Below the pieces are notes generated by a model. It worked only from the letters and a program-made list of their open reading frames with translations, was not told where the DNA came from and made no database searches. Made by a program: the position numbers and the translations under genes. This document shows positions 50,351 through 63,417 of a stretch of DNA of 64,000 nucleotides, piece after piece (position 1 is the first letter of the stretch; each line of letters begins with the position of its first letter). Location: contig CM075989.1 of NCBI GenBank assembly GCA_038087875.1, positions 19,284,001 through 19,348,000 on the forward strand, in the 5' to 3' direction. The stretch comes from Malacoraja senta (lineage: Eukaryota).

Positions 50351-52911
50351 ACTGTCCTCTAAATTTGAATCAGGTGGAGATGGATGTGATGAGAATGATG
50401 AGTGCAAAGTGATTTTATTCTATTTGATTAATTACATTTATTTAAAATATTGTTTTTAATGGCATATCAATTTTTTTCAGTAATTTAGATTTGTTGTAAA
50501 TTCTATTTTTGATTAGAAAGATTTAACACATGAGCATTCTTTGTGAGTATTGAAGACATTCACAATCATTCAATCTCGACCACCTTGGCAGCAGCTAAGC
50601 CTGACGATGGTGTGGACTCATTGGCTATCAAGGCCATTTTAGACCTTGCTGATCACCTGAGACCTGGTCTTCCACAGCTTCAGCATTTACCTGGGAGCTC
50701 ACTGCAAAGATCTGGCTAATTGTTTCAAACACTGGTAAATACGTTTCACGCGACCACTGATAGTCATTTTATTTTGTACATGTGCATTTGTAAATTGCTT
50801 GAGAAAACTGATGGACAGATAGCTCTCACATGTCAACAGGTTGCACTTGCTTTGTTTTCAATAGTCCAGATGTTTCAGATTATTTTCAGTACAATTCGAA
50901 ACAGCTGAGATTTCTGAATCAAAGTTACGTTAAAAGAACTCAATGCCTAACCTCTTCTTCAATCCACTTGTACTTACAATGTCACGGGCGAAATGTGCCA
51001 AGCAAGCCCAAAATGTTGTGTGAACCACACTTAAGTAATTTAATAGCAACAATGACAATCATGATAGCACTCTGAATTAATTGTGTTGCAATACTACATC
51101 TGCATTGAAAATACAATTGCAAGAATATAAACAGTTTATATTGAAAATCTTCTTAATTCAAGAAATTTAACACAAATAGTCACCAACTTGTCAACATTCT
51201 CAAGCAACCCAAGCAGTTCCATCTACAGTTTGACTTCAGCTTTTATGAAGGTTCTCCAAGTCAGCAGAGCAATGGCTTGCTGGAGGACACAACAATGGCT
51301 TGCTGGAGGTCTCTAATTGCTTGGAGGACACAGCTCACTTTGGAAGCTAAAGACCGTACAGGACAAAGTTGGATTGATACTCCATCCAACGCCTTAATGT
51401 TGCATTCCATACATCCTGGCACATCATGGTTGCAGTGACCATCATCTAAAAATACAATGGAGCTGCTTGGGTTACTAAATGCATCTTGCACATTTAAGAT
51501 TTCTGCTATCCAAGAGGGCAAGGGATGGGACACCATAACCTGGAGGCTTCCCAAGTGGCATACCATCGGGATTTAAAAATACAAAATCATTCCTTCATCA
51601 TCACTAGGTGTGAATCTGGGAACTCTGTACCTTGCAGCACTGCAGACATACCTCAACTAGGTTAGCATTAGGTTAATGAGGTAGCTCACACCAAATTTTC
51701 AACGCAAATTAGGGTTAACAATGTGATTATCAGAAGCATGTGTTTCCCAAAATATAAAATAAATGTACAGGTGTGCATGGATTTTGATTTGGCATCCATT
51801 TCTTTTTTTAAAGGATGAATATCTAAGCAATGTCAATATCTAAGCCATTGTAACATTTCCTAAGGAAGACTTCCGAGAGTGCCGTACATACATTTTTCAT
51901 CAGGTAACAATATTATATTTAAATAAATAATAGGCTGCTTCAATTAACAATTTGAAAATTAACACAAAAGAAAATAGAATTATATGAATTAGCATTGCTT
52001 TTTTTGGAGTTGCGATGACCCTGACATCCTCCAAACAAGTGATTATGGTGAACATGTATGTTTGTGAGAATCCACATGTTTAGGGCTTTTATAACATTTT
52101 TTCAAGTTGTAAAACTCCACACAAGGTTGTGTGTCAAGCACCGAGGAACTATTTGCTGACTTTTATTGTCACAATTGCTCCTGGATATGGGTGCAATAAT
52201 ATGTATGTGTGCAGTGATACATTGAGTAGACAGCACCCTGAGCAGCATATACAAGCGGAAGGAGGGGGAAGGGCCGCCTCCTACCTGAATCTCAGAGGAA
52301 CAATATGGGTTCCAATAAATGTGTCCTCACTTGAATCTGTGAATATGCACATCACCAGATTCAGGGACAGTTTCTTCCCAGCTGTTATCAGGCAACTGAA
52401 TCATCCTACCACAACTAGAGAGCAGTGCTGAACTACTATCTACCTCTTTGGTGACCCTCGGACTACCCTTGATCGGACTTTGCTGGTTTTACCATGCACT
52501 AAAAGTTATTCCCTTATCATGTATCTATACACTGTAAATGGCTCAATTGTAATCATGTATTGTCTTTTTCTGCTGACTGGATAGCACGCAACAAAAGCTT
52601 TTCACTTGCACATGGTACAAGTGACAATAAACTAAACTGAACTGATCTGCTACTTCCTGCATCCATGACTGGACAGGACATAGAACACATTGGCAGAGTC
52701 GGTGGGAGTGATGATTGCAGTATTTGTCTCTAGCTCCTTCCAGATTAGTGTTGGGGAGACTTGCAACATTATTTAGATTACTGGGCACCCTGTGTAAACG
52801 AATTCAATGAGGCTCTCCATTCAAAGAGAAGTGGCTTTATTTAATTATCTCCACTGAGGGATTGACCGTTAGGGAGAACAATCTTCTTTGCCAAGGCTGC
52901 TTTGCTTTTGA

Positions 52912-53095
52912 AGGTAGACAAAAGTGCTGGAGAAACTCAGCGGGTGCAGCAGCATCCATGGAACAAAGGAAATAGGCAACGTTTCGGGTCGAAACCCTGA
53001 AGGGTTCACTCCATAGATGCTGCTGCACCCGCTGAGTTTCTCCAGCACTTTTGTCTACCTTCGATTTTCCAGCATCTGCAGTTCCTTCTTAAAAA
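52912..53095. mobile_element. Fold-back Penelope-derived insertion with a 15-bp TSD
   Basis: ctgctttgcttttga at 52897-52911 and 53096-53110; inverted arms inside. Confidence 0.85.
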
Positions 53096-53847
53096 CTGCT
53101 TTGCTTTTGAGTTGTGCATTTCTTGCTGCCCATTCTGAACCAAAATTAATTGAACTCCAATATGTAAAAGCAAAATACTGCTGCAAATACTGAATATGCA
53201 TTCGGCTGTTCTACCAAGCTGCATTTAACCTCCAGCCATCTTCTATTGCCTGGACCAAAGTCTTCACGTCAATTCATTTGCAGCAGAATTCATATATAAT
53301 CTCTGCACAGACAGTACCCATAATCAGGTTCGAACCCAGGTCTCTAGAGCCCTTTCTGAGGTGACTGGATGTTGCAATCATGACAATAACTGGACAGTAT
53401 ATTGTTGTTATTCTTTCTTCAAGCAGAAAATGGCCAGCAGTTAATTGTGCATCACTATCCCACTACATTTTCCGAGGCTATGAATTTAGCTCTCAAGCAA
53501 TCTAAAATTATTGAATGATTGCTGTGGAACAACAATCTCTTACCTAATCATCTCACTCATTCACGAATACCTCAATCATCTAATATCGGATTGAACATTA
53601 TTATTTTTTTTAAACATTGAAATTTCCCCCAAAGTACAGAATGACGTTCCCATTAGCTTCATTTGAGATGAAGATACAGCCTCCTATATTTGGAGTTTTA
53701 TGCAGACTTGTATATCATCAATAATGAACCTTATTATAACACTATCATCCTGATGTTAACAGTTTTCATGCACAGTCAAATTAAACTGCTTTCATTTGAG
53801 GCCAATAAAATTAACTACCGATGTTGGAAAAAGTAAAGCTTCCTTAC

Positions 53848-55441
53848 AGTTTGCATTTGAGATTCTCCAGGTCTTTCTCTGCAGTCTCCAATAAGTCTTC
53901 TTGGCATCGTTAAATTACGTAAGCAGTGCGATGAATCACAGCTCTGGATCTGCACGTCAATATTTTCTTGGTCTCCCTTCTTAAAACTGACAGTTTCATT
54001 TGTTTTTATTGTACCAGAATGGTCTTCGCTGGAAATATCCAATTTATTCCATTCATTTTTAGACCCAAACTTGCTGCAGTCTACACAGTCTGAATGCCAG
54101 GTACATGAGCATTCTATACTAACGGGCTTATTTTTTACATTGTTGACACCAGTTTCACTACGAGTGCCTGAGTCCAAGTTAATGGTATAGGAGCAGTCTG
54201 ATTTGTCTCTATCAAATGTATTTGTATTAATTTCTGAAGGATCATGATGTATGGGAGGGGTATGTTGTTTTAATTCAGAATAATCTGTAGAGTTCACAAT
54301 GTTCTTATGAAAGGAACCAGAACATGATGACTCGACTTTAGATTGTTTGTCAATTACACTGTTGCCAGATACTGCGCATTTCCAGTTCATTTTGCCGATG
54401 TAATTGACTTGTGATAGTTCTGATTTACCATGCTTACTTACAGTTCTTTCAGCAGTATGTTTTGTTTCAGATTTGCCAATTGTTTCAGGAAAGGAATCTG
54501 CAGAAGATAATTTTCTTTGTGTCTGTGGCTTAGGGGAAGTTTTTTTATCATTGTCAAGTTTAGCCTTTCTACATAACAAGAGTGGAGTATCGTGAGAAGG
54601 GGTTCTGCTCTTTTTTCTGTTATTTTCCAATAAAATGCTTTCAGTATGGGTGGCAGAACTACAGAGAGTCTCTTTCCTTGTACTTGGGCTTTCCTCTTCA
54701 AAAGAGCTCTGCAGTCGCTTTGCATTCGAACTTGACTCTTGTACCGTATTAAAATGGCTTCCAGAAACAGATGGAGGGCTTTGATCACAGTAACTCAGTT
54801 GTTGGGCAATTCGTGCAATCACTTCTTCCCTTTCCTGAAGCAAGCTTCCTATCAGAGGGTTCATTTCACCTGAAGAAATCTGGGAAGCTGAACTGCTGGT
54901 TTGATTGGAATCTGTCGCAGAAAATGACTTTAATGTTTTGACTGAATGGGTTTCACAACGATGGACTTTAGTTATTTCAGCAGTGTTTGTCCAATTACAT
55001 GGCTGAGTCTTAGTTTGTGAACTTCTGATTTCAGGTATTTTGTCAGCATCACTCAATGGTCCCATTTTGCTCGTTTCCAAGATCTCAGGAGAAGGGCATT
55101 TTCTTACGTTTATGGAACTTGTTGGCAACAATTCGTGGTTTCGAACAGCTGTATAAGACTGTTTGTTGTACCTCTGTTGGATCCCTGGTGTGTTGCTGTA
55201 CTCTTGCTCTTTTACATTGGTATGTTGATAAGCATCCTTCTCTTGACTGGGCATACTTTTCCCAAAGAAACTGAAGTTGGTGTGAATACTGCATGTTAAC
55301 AGCGGGTAACTTGGCTGCCTTGGCAAGGACAGAACGCTCACTCGCAAAGCCAGGCTGTGTGAAATATTAGGAACTGGAAACACATGTTCAACTGGAGGCT
55401 GATTAAAATTTAGCAACATGTCTTCATCTGTTGCACTTATT
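53848..55441 (-). CDS. ATOSA: ATOSA large internal exon (1594 nt): (R)ISATDEDMLLNFNQPPVEHVFPVPNISH...NPLIGSLLQEREEVIARIAQQL...GESQMQT
   Basis: Flanked by tag and gtaagg; 1+531x3 nt; accounts for the 534-aa ORF; conserved NPLIGSLLQERxEVIARIAQ motif. Confidence 0.93.
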
Positions 55442-55520
55442 CTAAATATAAAAAAAACAAATTTAAGATGTCACAAACAAATGCATTAGAATATTGTATG
55501 ATGCAATTTTTCAAACTTTC

Positions 55521-55871
55521 TTTTTTTTTTGTTGAAAATATTTTTTATTGGAGATAAGTACACAACATATTAACATCATTACCAGTCTTACATTTTTAAA
55601 TTGATAATATTGTCAATTATTATTACATTGTCTCCAATACCTTTTGCCTTTTTTGTTTTTTTTAAACTAGATAGAACTAAAAAGATAGATGAAGTAAAGA
55701 AAGAAAAGAGAGAGAAGAAAAGAGAGAGAAAGAAAAAAAAAAAGAAGAAAAAAACAAAAACAAAAAAGAAAACAAAAAAGAAAAAGATAGTTAAAGAAGA
55801 ATGGAAAAATTTATTAAAATAAAAAACTTCGTTCGAGATATATTCGTACATTTCAGTATAACATTTCATCC
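55521..55871 (-). mobile_element. 5'-truncated poly(A) retroposon (L1-like 3' end) with a 15-bp TSD
   Basis: atttttcaaactttc at 55506-55520 and 55872-55886; AATAAA and A10 tail on the minus strand. Confidence 0.8.
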
Positions 55872-55937
55872 ATTTTTCAAACTTTCAATTAACTTGGCGA
55901 CTAGTTTTGTGTATTTGTATTCCTGATTCCCACTAGC

Positions 55938-56075
<138 letters not shown>

Positions 56076-56759
56076 TTTCTGACATTAGCACATAACCTTA
56101 AAGTTAGTGCCAGGTTTTGGCCTCATCCAGTAAAGAAAGTAGTTTATTTCTCATTTACCCTATTTACCTTAAACACTGAAAACTATCATTCCTTAAATAA
56201 AGAGGCATTGGGGCCAAATGCATATTGTCATATACATTGGGGCCAAAACAATGACATTCTTACTTGTGTTAGCCTTACAGGCTGCTGCAGTATTCCCTTA
56301 GTTCTATATTTCAGTCAATCATATAGCATGGAAACAGGCCTTTCAACTCAATGTCCATGCAAACCAATTTGCCTCATCTAAGCTAGTCCCATTTGCCCAT
56401 ATTTGGCCCATATCCTTCTAAACCTTTCTTATCCAAGTACCCAGCCAAGGGTCTTTTAAATGTTGTTATTGTACCTGCCTTAACTACTTCCTCTGGCAGC
56501 TCATTCCACACACCCACTTATTTCAGAGTGAAAAAGTTGCCTCTTCAGGTTCCTACAAATCATTCCTCCCTCACAAACTTATATCCTCTAGCCCTTGACT
56601 CCCCTACCCTTAAAAAAGACAAAATATATGCCATTATGAACATAGGCATTAAATTTAAAAAAAATCTGGATTACATTCATAAGAAGGCATAATCAACTAT
56701 TTTAAGTTATCCAGAAACATAATTTTAAAATAATAATAATAATTCCAGATATCACTCAC

Positions 56760-56885
56760 CGGTACAGAATATTGCGTGGAACAGCACCTTGTGACGCACT
56801 CAGCCAAGCACTCAGCTGAGAAAAGAAGACATAAGAACGGACAGCCAGCAGAAGGCTTTTCTCCTCAATAAAACGATCTCCAGTT
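56760..56885 (-). CDS. ATOSA: ATOSA exon: TGDRFIEEKSLLLAVRSYVFFSQLSAWLSASQGAVPRNILY(R)
   Basis: Flanked by aag and gtgagt; 126 nt, phase 2/2; AVRSxxFFSQLSAWL motif. Confidence 0.94.
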
Positions 56886-58345
56886 CTTAAGATTAAAAAG
56901 AGGGAAATATTAATAATAGTTAGTACAAAGCATTATTAAAACTAAGCATCTGTTAAACATAGACACTAGTGAAACACTCTCAAAATCTAATTGTGTCATT
57001 GGACAATGAAAAATACTTGACTGGGGAAGTGAAGGGAATGGTAACTCTTGCTTGTCTTACTCAAACAAGAGTGATTCAGTTAAGAACGCAATTGGTGCCC
57101 AACGTGTCAATGATTTCATGATTTTGTTTTAAAGAAAGTAGATGTGCTACACATTAAAACTCTTCAACTATGCATTCATTAACCAAAAGACTTGGTAATT
57201 CTAATATATACCTGACAGTTTCCTCACTGACTGTTTTCAAGGTCTTTCAAAACTCTGCTGTAGTTGCCCCTTTCTCTTATCGTCCTGCGTGATAATTTAT
57301 AAGGGCACCTAGTTATGCAATACCGTGGTCACTTCTCGTCCAGGCCAAAAGTCCCCTCCATGACATCTGCATTTCTGTTCCAGAGATCATTCTCAGATTT
57401 AAATTGCTCCTCTACTCATGGCTGTATCTACAGCTGCCAATTACGTGTACCAAATAACCTCCCTACCTCTGCTTCTACCTTGAAGCCACCTCCATTAAAA
57501 CCAACTGATTGTTATGGGCCCACATAAAATTTTGCTTGGTAACCCTTCTTGGTGTCCTGTGGAATTAAAGACACCAAAGGTACTTGTATTTTCTTGAGGT
57601 GAGAGAAACTTATTTATTTTTACCCAAATTTATATTTAACCTCCTAATTTTTACTTTGGTTTTAATCGCAGTGCTGCAGAGTACTTGTTCAAATTAACTG
57701 AGATTTTTCTCAGAGAAAAATATTCCTCCCATTGCAAAAACTAAATGTATAAACCCAGGGAATCTGAACAGGAGGATAAAGCAATTTAATGGTAATGTGC
57801 CGGAAATTGTGGCATTGAACTATTACAAGTCATGTAAACACCTGTGAATTGAGATGCACAGCGATAAATTTAACTACCCAGGAGACTGCTACACATTTTA
57901 TTCAATACTATTTGGTAGAGCAGGCTATAAAAGACAGGGAAATACTTTAAAGATGCATTAAACGCTAAATGTAGTCACGTGGTTTCAGTAGCATGTGTAG
58001 CATTACACGTGTAGCAGTAGCATTATTTTACAATTTATCACAATGATTGCACCAAGAAATCTACATTGTACCTATAAAAGATGCTGTGTTTTTCTTGTTG
58101 TGAAACAAAATGAGTAAACCCACTGTAGCTGTAGTGTGCTGTGCCTGAACAAATTCCAACAAAATACATGGCCTGTAAGCTAATTCTTAGTCTCAGACAA
58201 TGGTTTCTGTATTTATATTCTTTGTTTCAACTGTATGGCATTATTCATTTTTTATACAAGACAAAAGGAAAAAATATATATAGATAATCATTGATTTTGT
58301 TAATATTTTTAAAGTATTTCATTACAGTGAAGAACAAAGACTTAC

Positions 58346-58551
58346 TGTTTGGGCAGTGGCTGTAAAGACCACCTTTCTAGCAGTAAAGCATCCTGTTTGA
58401 TAGCAGGGTCTTTTATATCACTTCCCTCGGTGGATGGACCATCTGCATCACTATAGCAACAGTCAGGAAGCAACATCACCTCAACCATGATGGAAATGTT
58501 ATTCCTCCACAGAACCAAAACCTGAGATTTGGTTCTTTTGGCCTGATAACA
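58346..58551 (-). CDS. ATOSA: ATOSA exon: CYQAKRTKSQVLVLWRNNISIMVEVMLLPDCCYSDADGPSTEGSDIKDPAIKQDALLLERWSLQPLPK(Q)
   Basis: Flanked by cag and gtaagt; 206 nt, phase 0/2. Confidence 0.94.
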
Positions 58552-58788
58552 CTGTCAAAACACAGGTGCGAAGGAAAAGAAAATTATTTTTTTTTTAAAC
58601 AGGACCAACATTTTCTAGAACCAATCAAATCTTATAATTTTGTGCCAGTAGATATGATGTTTATTTGAAAGAAAAGTTTAAGAAAAAATAGGAATTCTGT
58701 ACATTTCATTGTTCCATTTTGGAACATATGACAATAAAACACTCTTAAATTTTAATATATGGCGAGAACTTTAGTTATGAATCTATAC

Positions 58789-58973
58789 CTGCGGCACTTT
58801 TTCAGTGCATTCGTGCTTTGTACTTAAGGACTGTCCAAGCTGTGCTGGAGGGCAGTGAAACCCTTCTGTACGACCTTTCACAGAGCATTCTGGTGTCCGA
58901 CCCTCTGTGATTAGCAAGGTCAGAGAAAACAAAAACTCCTCTGCGTCATATTCAAAGTACTCATCTATAGTAT
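58789..58973 (-). CDS. ATOSA: ATOSA exon: (D)TIDEYFEYDAEEFLFSLTLLITEGRTPECSVKGRTEGFHCPPAQLGQSLSTKHECTEKVPQ; start-codon exon not found in the window
   Basis: Flanked by cag and gtatag; 185 nt, phase 1/0; matches the recalled FAM214A N-terminus after MKPDR. Confidence 0.94.
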
Positions 58974-61916
58974 CTGTAAAGAACAAACAGAGTCTACTTA
59001 ATGCACAGGATATCTATTAATCCTTTTTATTAGCTTTCAGTTTCAATGCATACAAATTGTTACAAGAAGCTGCTCAAAATACTAAACAACGCTACATGTT
59101 GTAGATGGCAGTTCCGCAAGTAAACAAAAACTCTCCACCCGTAATCATGGGTAATCATGAACAATTGGCACAAGACAAAAGATATGCAAGAAACTGACAA
59201 GGATTATTTGTGTTCATGCCAGCTGTTTGTGGGACAATTAAAATAGCCAAAATTACCAGGGGCTCTTTTAAATCACAAAATACAAGTTTCTGAATGTATT
59301 CCTTCATTACGTTTCACTTCAGGTGGCAGTTAGTCTACCCTCAGTAGACATTGAAAGATATGAACACGATCAGTTATAAAAGCCCTTGTTTCCTCGTTAA
59401 ATGTAATAATGTCCACACCCCATCATACATAGAGAAGGATTCATGATGAAAAAACAGTCGATCCTTTGTTACCAGCTGATACCAAACCTAGCCAATAATT
59501 AGCAGCAGGAATTAAAATTCTGCACTTCACGGCGATTATAACCGCAGCTGTCATTGTACATGTTGCGGAGCCCTTTCTGGGTTTTACTGTAAATTCTGCA
59601 ATGCCAATAAAACCACAGCAACATTTTATTCTGCAGCCACAATGATATATTGAGCAAGGTAAATATTTCAGAACATCATTGTAATCATTAAAATGTACAC
59701 AATATGAACAATTGTGTGTATGACAGTGTCATTTCCAGTTCAATTTGTAAAGAATACAATAGGAAATGTTATTCAGGAATAATTCCATGAGGAGTCCAGC
59801 TATTTCCATTCGTACTCCTAAAATGAGCATATACCTGAATATTTATGCAATCACTTTTGGATACTCCAAATTACATTGTCAATAGCATCTCATGAAGTTC
59901 AAACCATAATTTGTCTTGGCACAGTGATATTTAATTATGGCACGATTTTATATTATCTCTATACGCGTGTGAAAATTCTCCCGCATTTACCAGAATCTTT
60001 CAAATACACTTTACTTACATGACAGAAATACTGGATTCTACAGATGATTCCCCCCCCCCCCCCAATCTTAAATATCAAATCACAATGCTCAAGAATCTGG
60101 AGCAAATGACGTGCTGGAAGAACTCAGCAGGTCAGGCAGCATCTGTGTAGGAAATGGACAGATGACATTTCAAGGCACGACCTTTCTTCAGACTTCACAC
60201 CAAAAGCTAGATATAAAAAAAGTCCAGAGAGGGTAGAAGGTCCAGGAGGAGGGAGAGGAGGAGGAACGGTCCCAACCCGAAACATCACTTGTACATTGTC
60301 TCCACAGATGCTGCCCGATCTGATGAATTCTTCCAGCACTTTGCATTTCAATAACATGGATTTTTCTTTGAAGCTTCAATTTCCCAGTAACTTGGTCAAT
60401 TATGTCAAGTGCCTTCCACTTCTGAAAACCCAGAATTAATTCATCCCAGCCTCTACCCATTAGCTTCTGGACAACCAATAGGGTGGTGATAAATGGATGT
60501 ATTGAATTGTTTTTTCAATTGTTTATTATCTGCAGAATCTAACAATTGTGATATCCCATTGCTCTTTGTAATTTGCCTCGAATCCTTACAAAACCACCTG
60601 CTAATGGATATTAGGCATGGCTTGCGGTAGCATCTTTGCTCATGAGAAGATGGTGGGTTCGAGCGCTACTTTTCAGATTCCAAACTGTACTTGCCCTATT
60701 GTAACCAAGACCAAAAGTTATTTCAGTTTTCCACAAAATAAAACATCCCACAAAAGGCATCAAGTTCAATTCTAGGGCAAATTTGAAAATGAGTGGTCAG
60801 AGCATTACATGTTTAGTTGCCAGCAGACAAATTATGGGTTGGGTAATTGAGAAAGACAAGTGACGATGGATGTCGGAGGGGAGGAGTAATGCAATATTAT
60901 TTCTTGCTAATGTCAAAATATATTTGACATTCTTGCATACAAAAATTAATGGTTTGATTCAAATAGTTAAGTTGCTTTATTTCACGTTGACTGACCAAAG
61001 AATAACGGTTATGATGGATTCCATTTATTTCAATCAATACAACTTGTCTTTGCATAATAACAGACTGAACATACCAAACATCCTGAAATTATTTAATTAA
61101 AACACAGTTGGCTAGGATAACACCTCTTAGCTGTGCAGACTCATGCCTTTTTCTGTGTCTTCTTCACAAAAATGAAATAGAATGTGTTTTATAAAATAAT
61201 AAATATAAAGTTCTTCCACTGTTTACATATTATTTACTTGTGGGGGAATATCTTACATCTTTAAGTATTCTAAAAAATTTAGATGAATCCTGTTTAAAAT
61301 AATTAAATAAACTAATGATTTCATATCATGTAGGAAAGAACTGCAGATGCTGGTTTAAATCAAAGGCGATTCCAGCATTTTGTGTCTACCAATGATTTCA
61401 TATTCTTTGTTAGGATAGTATGCAAGATGTTCAAGTAATTACTATTCAATTGTAGACACCGTTTTTTTTGTTTTTTTTAATGTAGCAAAAAAGATAGCAA
61501 ATAATGAATGCGATTAATCAAATATTTTGGTGGAAGATTATTTTGCAGGTCATTAAGAGATCAGCCTCCGTGTCTGTTGATCTACCCAAATCAGCTGAAA
61601 TGAAAGACGTCTTAATTTAATACATCATAATAAAGAACACTTCAGTGAAATGCCATCCAAAACCATACATTCAAATCTTAGAGGAGCTTGAACTCAGAAT
61701 ATTTTACTCAGAAATAACAGAGACCCAACTGAGAAAACTTACATGAACCATTTGATCTACATAAAGTATGTAATTTTGTGCAAAGGTTTACATGACAACT
61801 GCACTTCCCAAAATAATCAGAAAAAGTTTATTGAATACAAATGTAATTATTGTATATAAAGTAATTTATACTACAGCTATTAAGTATACAGTCAGAATAA
61901 ACACTATTTAGGTGGC

Positions 61917-62129
61917 CACACAATGCTGGAGTAACTCAGGCAGCATCTCTGGAGAGAAGGAATGGGCGACGTTTCGGGTCGAGACCCTTCTTCAGTCTTC
62001 AGTCTGAAGAAGGGTCTCGACCTGAAACGTCACCCATTCCTTCTCTCCGGAGATGCTGCCTGTCCCGCTGAATTACTCCAGCATTTTGTGTCTACTTTCA
62101 ATTTAAACTAGCATCCGCAGTTCTTTCCT
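61917..62129. mobile_element. Fold-back Penelope-derived insertion with a 16-bp TSD and two back-to-back hammerhead cores
   Basis: acactatttaggtggc at 61901-61916 and 62130-62145; cores at 61968-61995 (-) and 62004-62031 (+). Confidence 0.85.
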
Positions 62130-63417
62130 ACACTATTTAGGTGGCAATTTTTGTTGTTATTTCTGGTATCAGTGCAATACTAACAGTAGATTTAGTTCAA
62201 GTGAAAAAGATAGTTGATGCTTATTGACGCATTGTGAGTCACAAACTGCACAAGTTTGGAACATGTGTTGGAAGGAACTGCAGATGCTGTACAGCAGGAC
62301 AGGCAGCATCTCTGGAGAGAAGGAATGGGTGACGTTTCGGGTCAAGACCCTTCTTCAGTCTGAAGTTACTCCAGCATTTTGTGTCTATCTTCAAGTTCAG
62401 ATCAGTCGGACACAATAATGTTTATGAGAGAGCATTGGTCTAGTTTGTGAATTCACACTGTACATTGCAAAGCAGCAATTCATAAACTTTGTAGATTGAA
62501 TATTAATACCTATATAGCTCTTGTGCTTAAACCTGTAACATAATAATTGAAGTCAATGGGGTTTACTAACAAGGATTTCTACAAGAAACTATTCAATGTT
62601 TTACCTTTAATTCTGAAGCTGATTTAGTCAAGTTTAATAATCGCCATCTTCTGTTTAAATGGTAGGCTGAAAGGTTTATTTTTTTTACTCTAGCATACAC
62701 CATCCAATTTGTTGTGTATCTTGATCATAATAAGAGTGGAGTTAGAGTCCATTCATTCTTCCTGCCTTCCACCATTCCATATCATAATGAGTCTTTACCT
62801 CAGCCACTTGACTGTACTCACCTCATATCCCTTAATAGCTGAAGATGTATTGATCTGCTTGAGTTTATTCAGTGACTGGGCCTCTTGCATAGAGAATTCT
62901 GAGGATTCTCTAATCTCTGGGTGAAGTTTCTTCATCTTCCAACTTGAATTGTCAACCTCCTATTTTGACACTGAGAACCCCGACACTGAGCAAGAGAAAA
63001 CAGTATTCCACAATCTATCCTATCAATCCACAGAAAAATTGTGCACGTTTTAATGTGATCACGTTTCATTCCACGAAACTCAAGTGCAGCGTATTGGTCG
63101 ATTTGCTTAAACAAGGTATGTGAAAAAGCAATGAGATGAGCAGCAATAATGAGTTTTAAATGACAAGGGAGCAAATTAGGTGATCACCATGTTATGTGTT
63201 GCTTTACTTACTAGTGCAAAGGTACACAAATGAACACATCATATGCTACATGATAAATCAATAAAATGAGTCATTTAGCTTTAAGCAATTCTGAGGACAC
63301 AAAAAAATACAGAGCACAAGGTGAACGAGGGTCTATATTTACTCTAGCAAATGACGAGTCAGTAACTATATATAATTGGAAAATAATTAACATAACGTTA
63401 TAATTATGTTGATTATT

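Noticed and set aside
53815..55419. 534-aa ORF as a standalone intronless gene
   Set aside because: It is bounded by splice sites and in phase with flanking ATOSA exons.
55588..55869. Poly-Lys and poly-Phe ORFs (also 10638-11000)
   Set aside because: Translations of A-rich retroposon 3' sequence.
61968..62358. Two sense hammerhead cores about 360 nt apart forming an active cis dimer in the ATOSA pre-mRNA
   Set aside because: Both copies have lost stem I pairing upstream of CTGAAGA, and the first is locked in a long hairpin.
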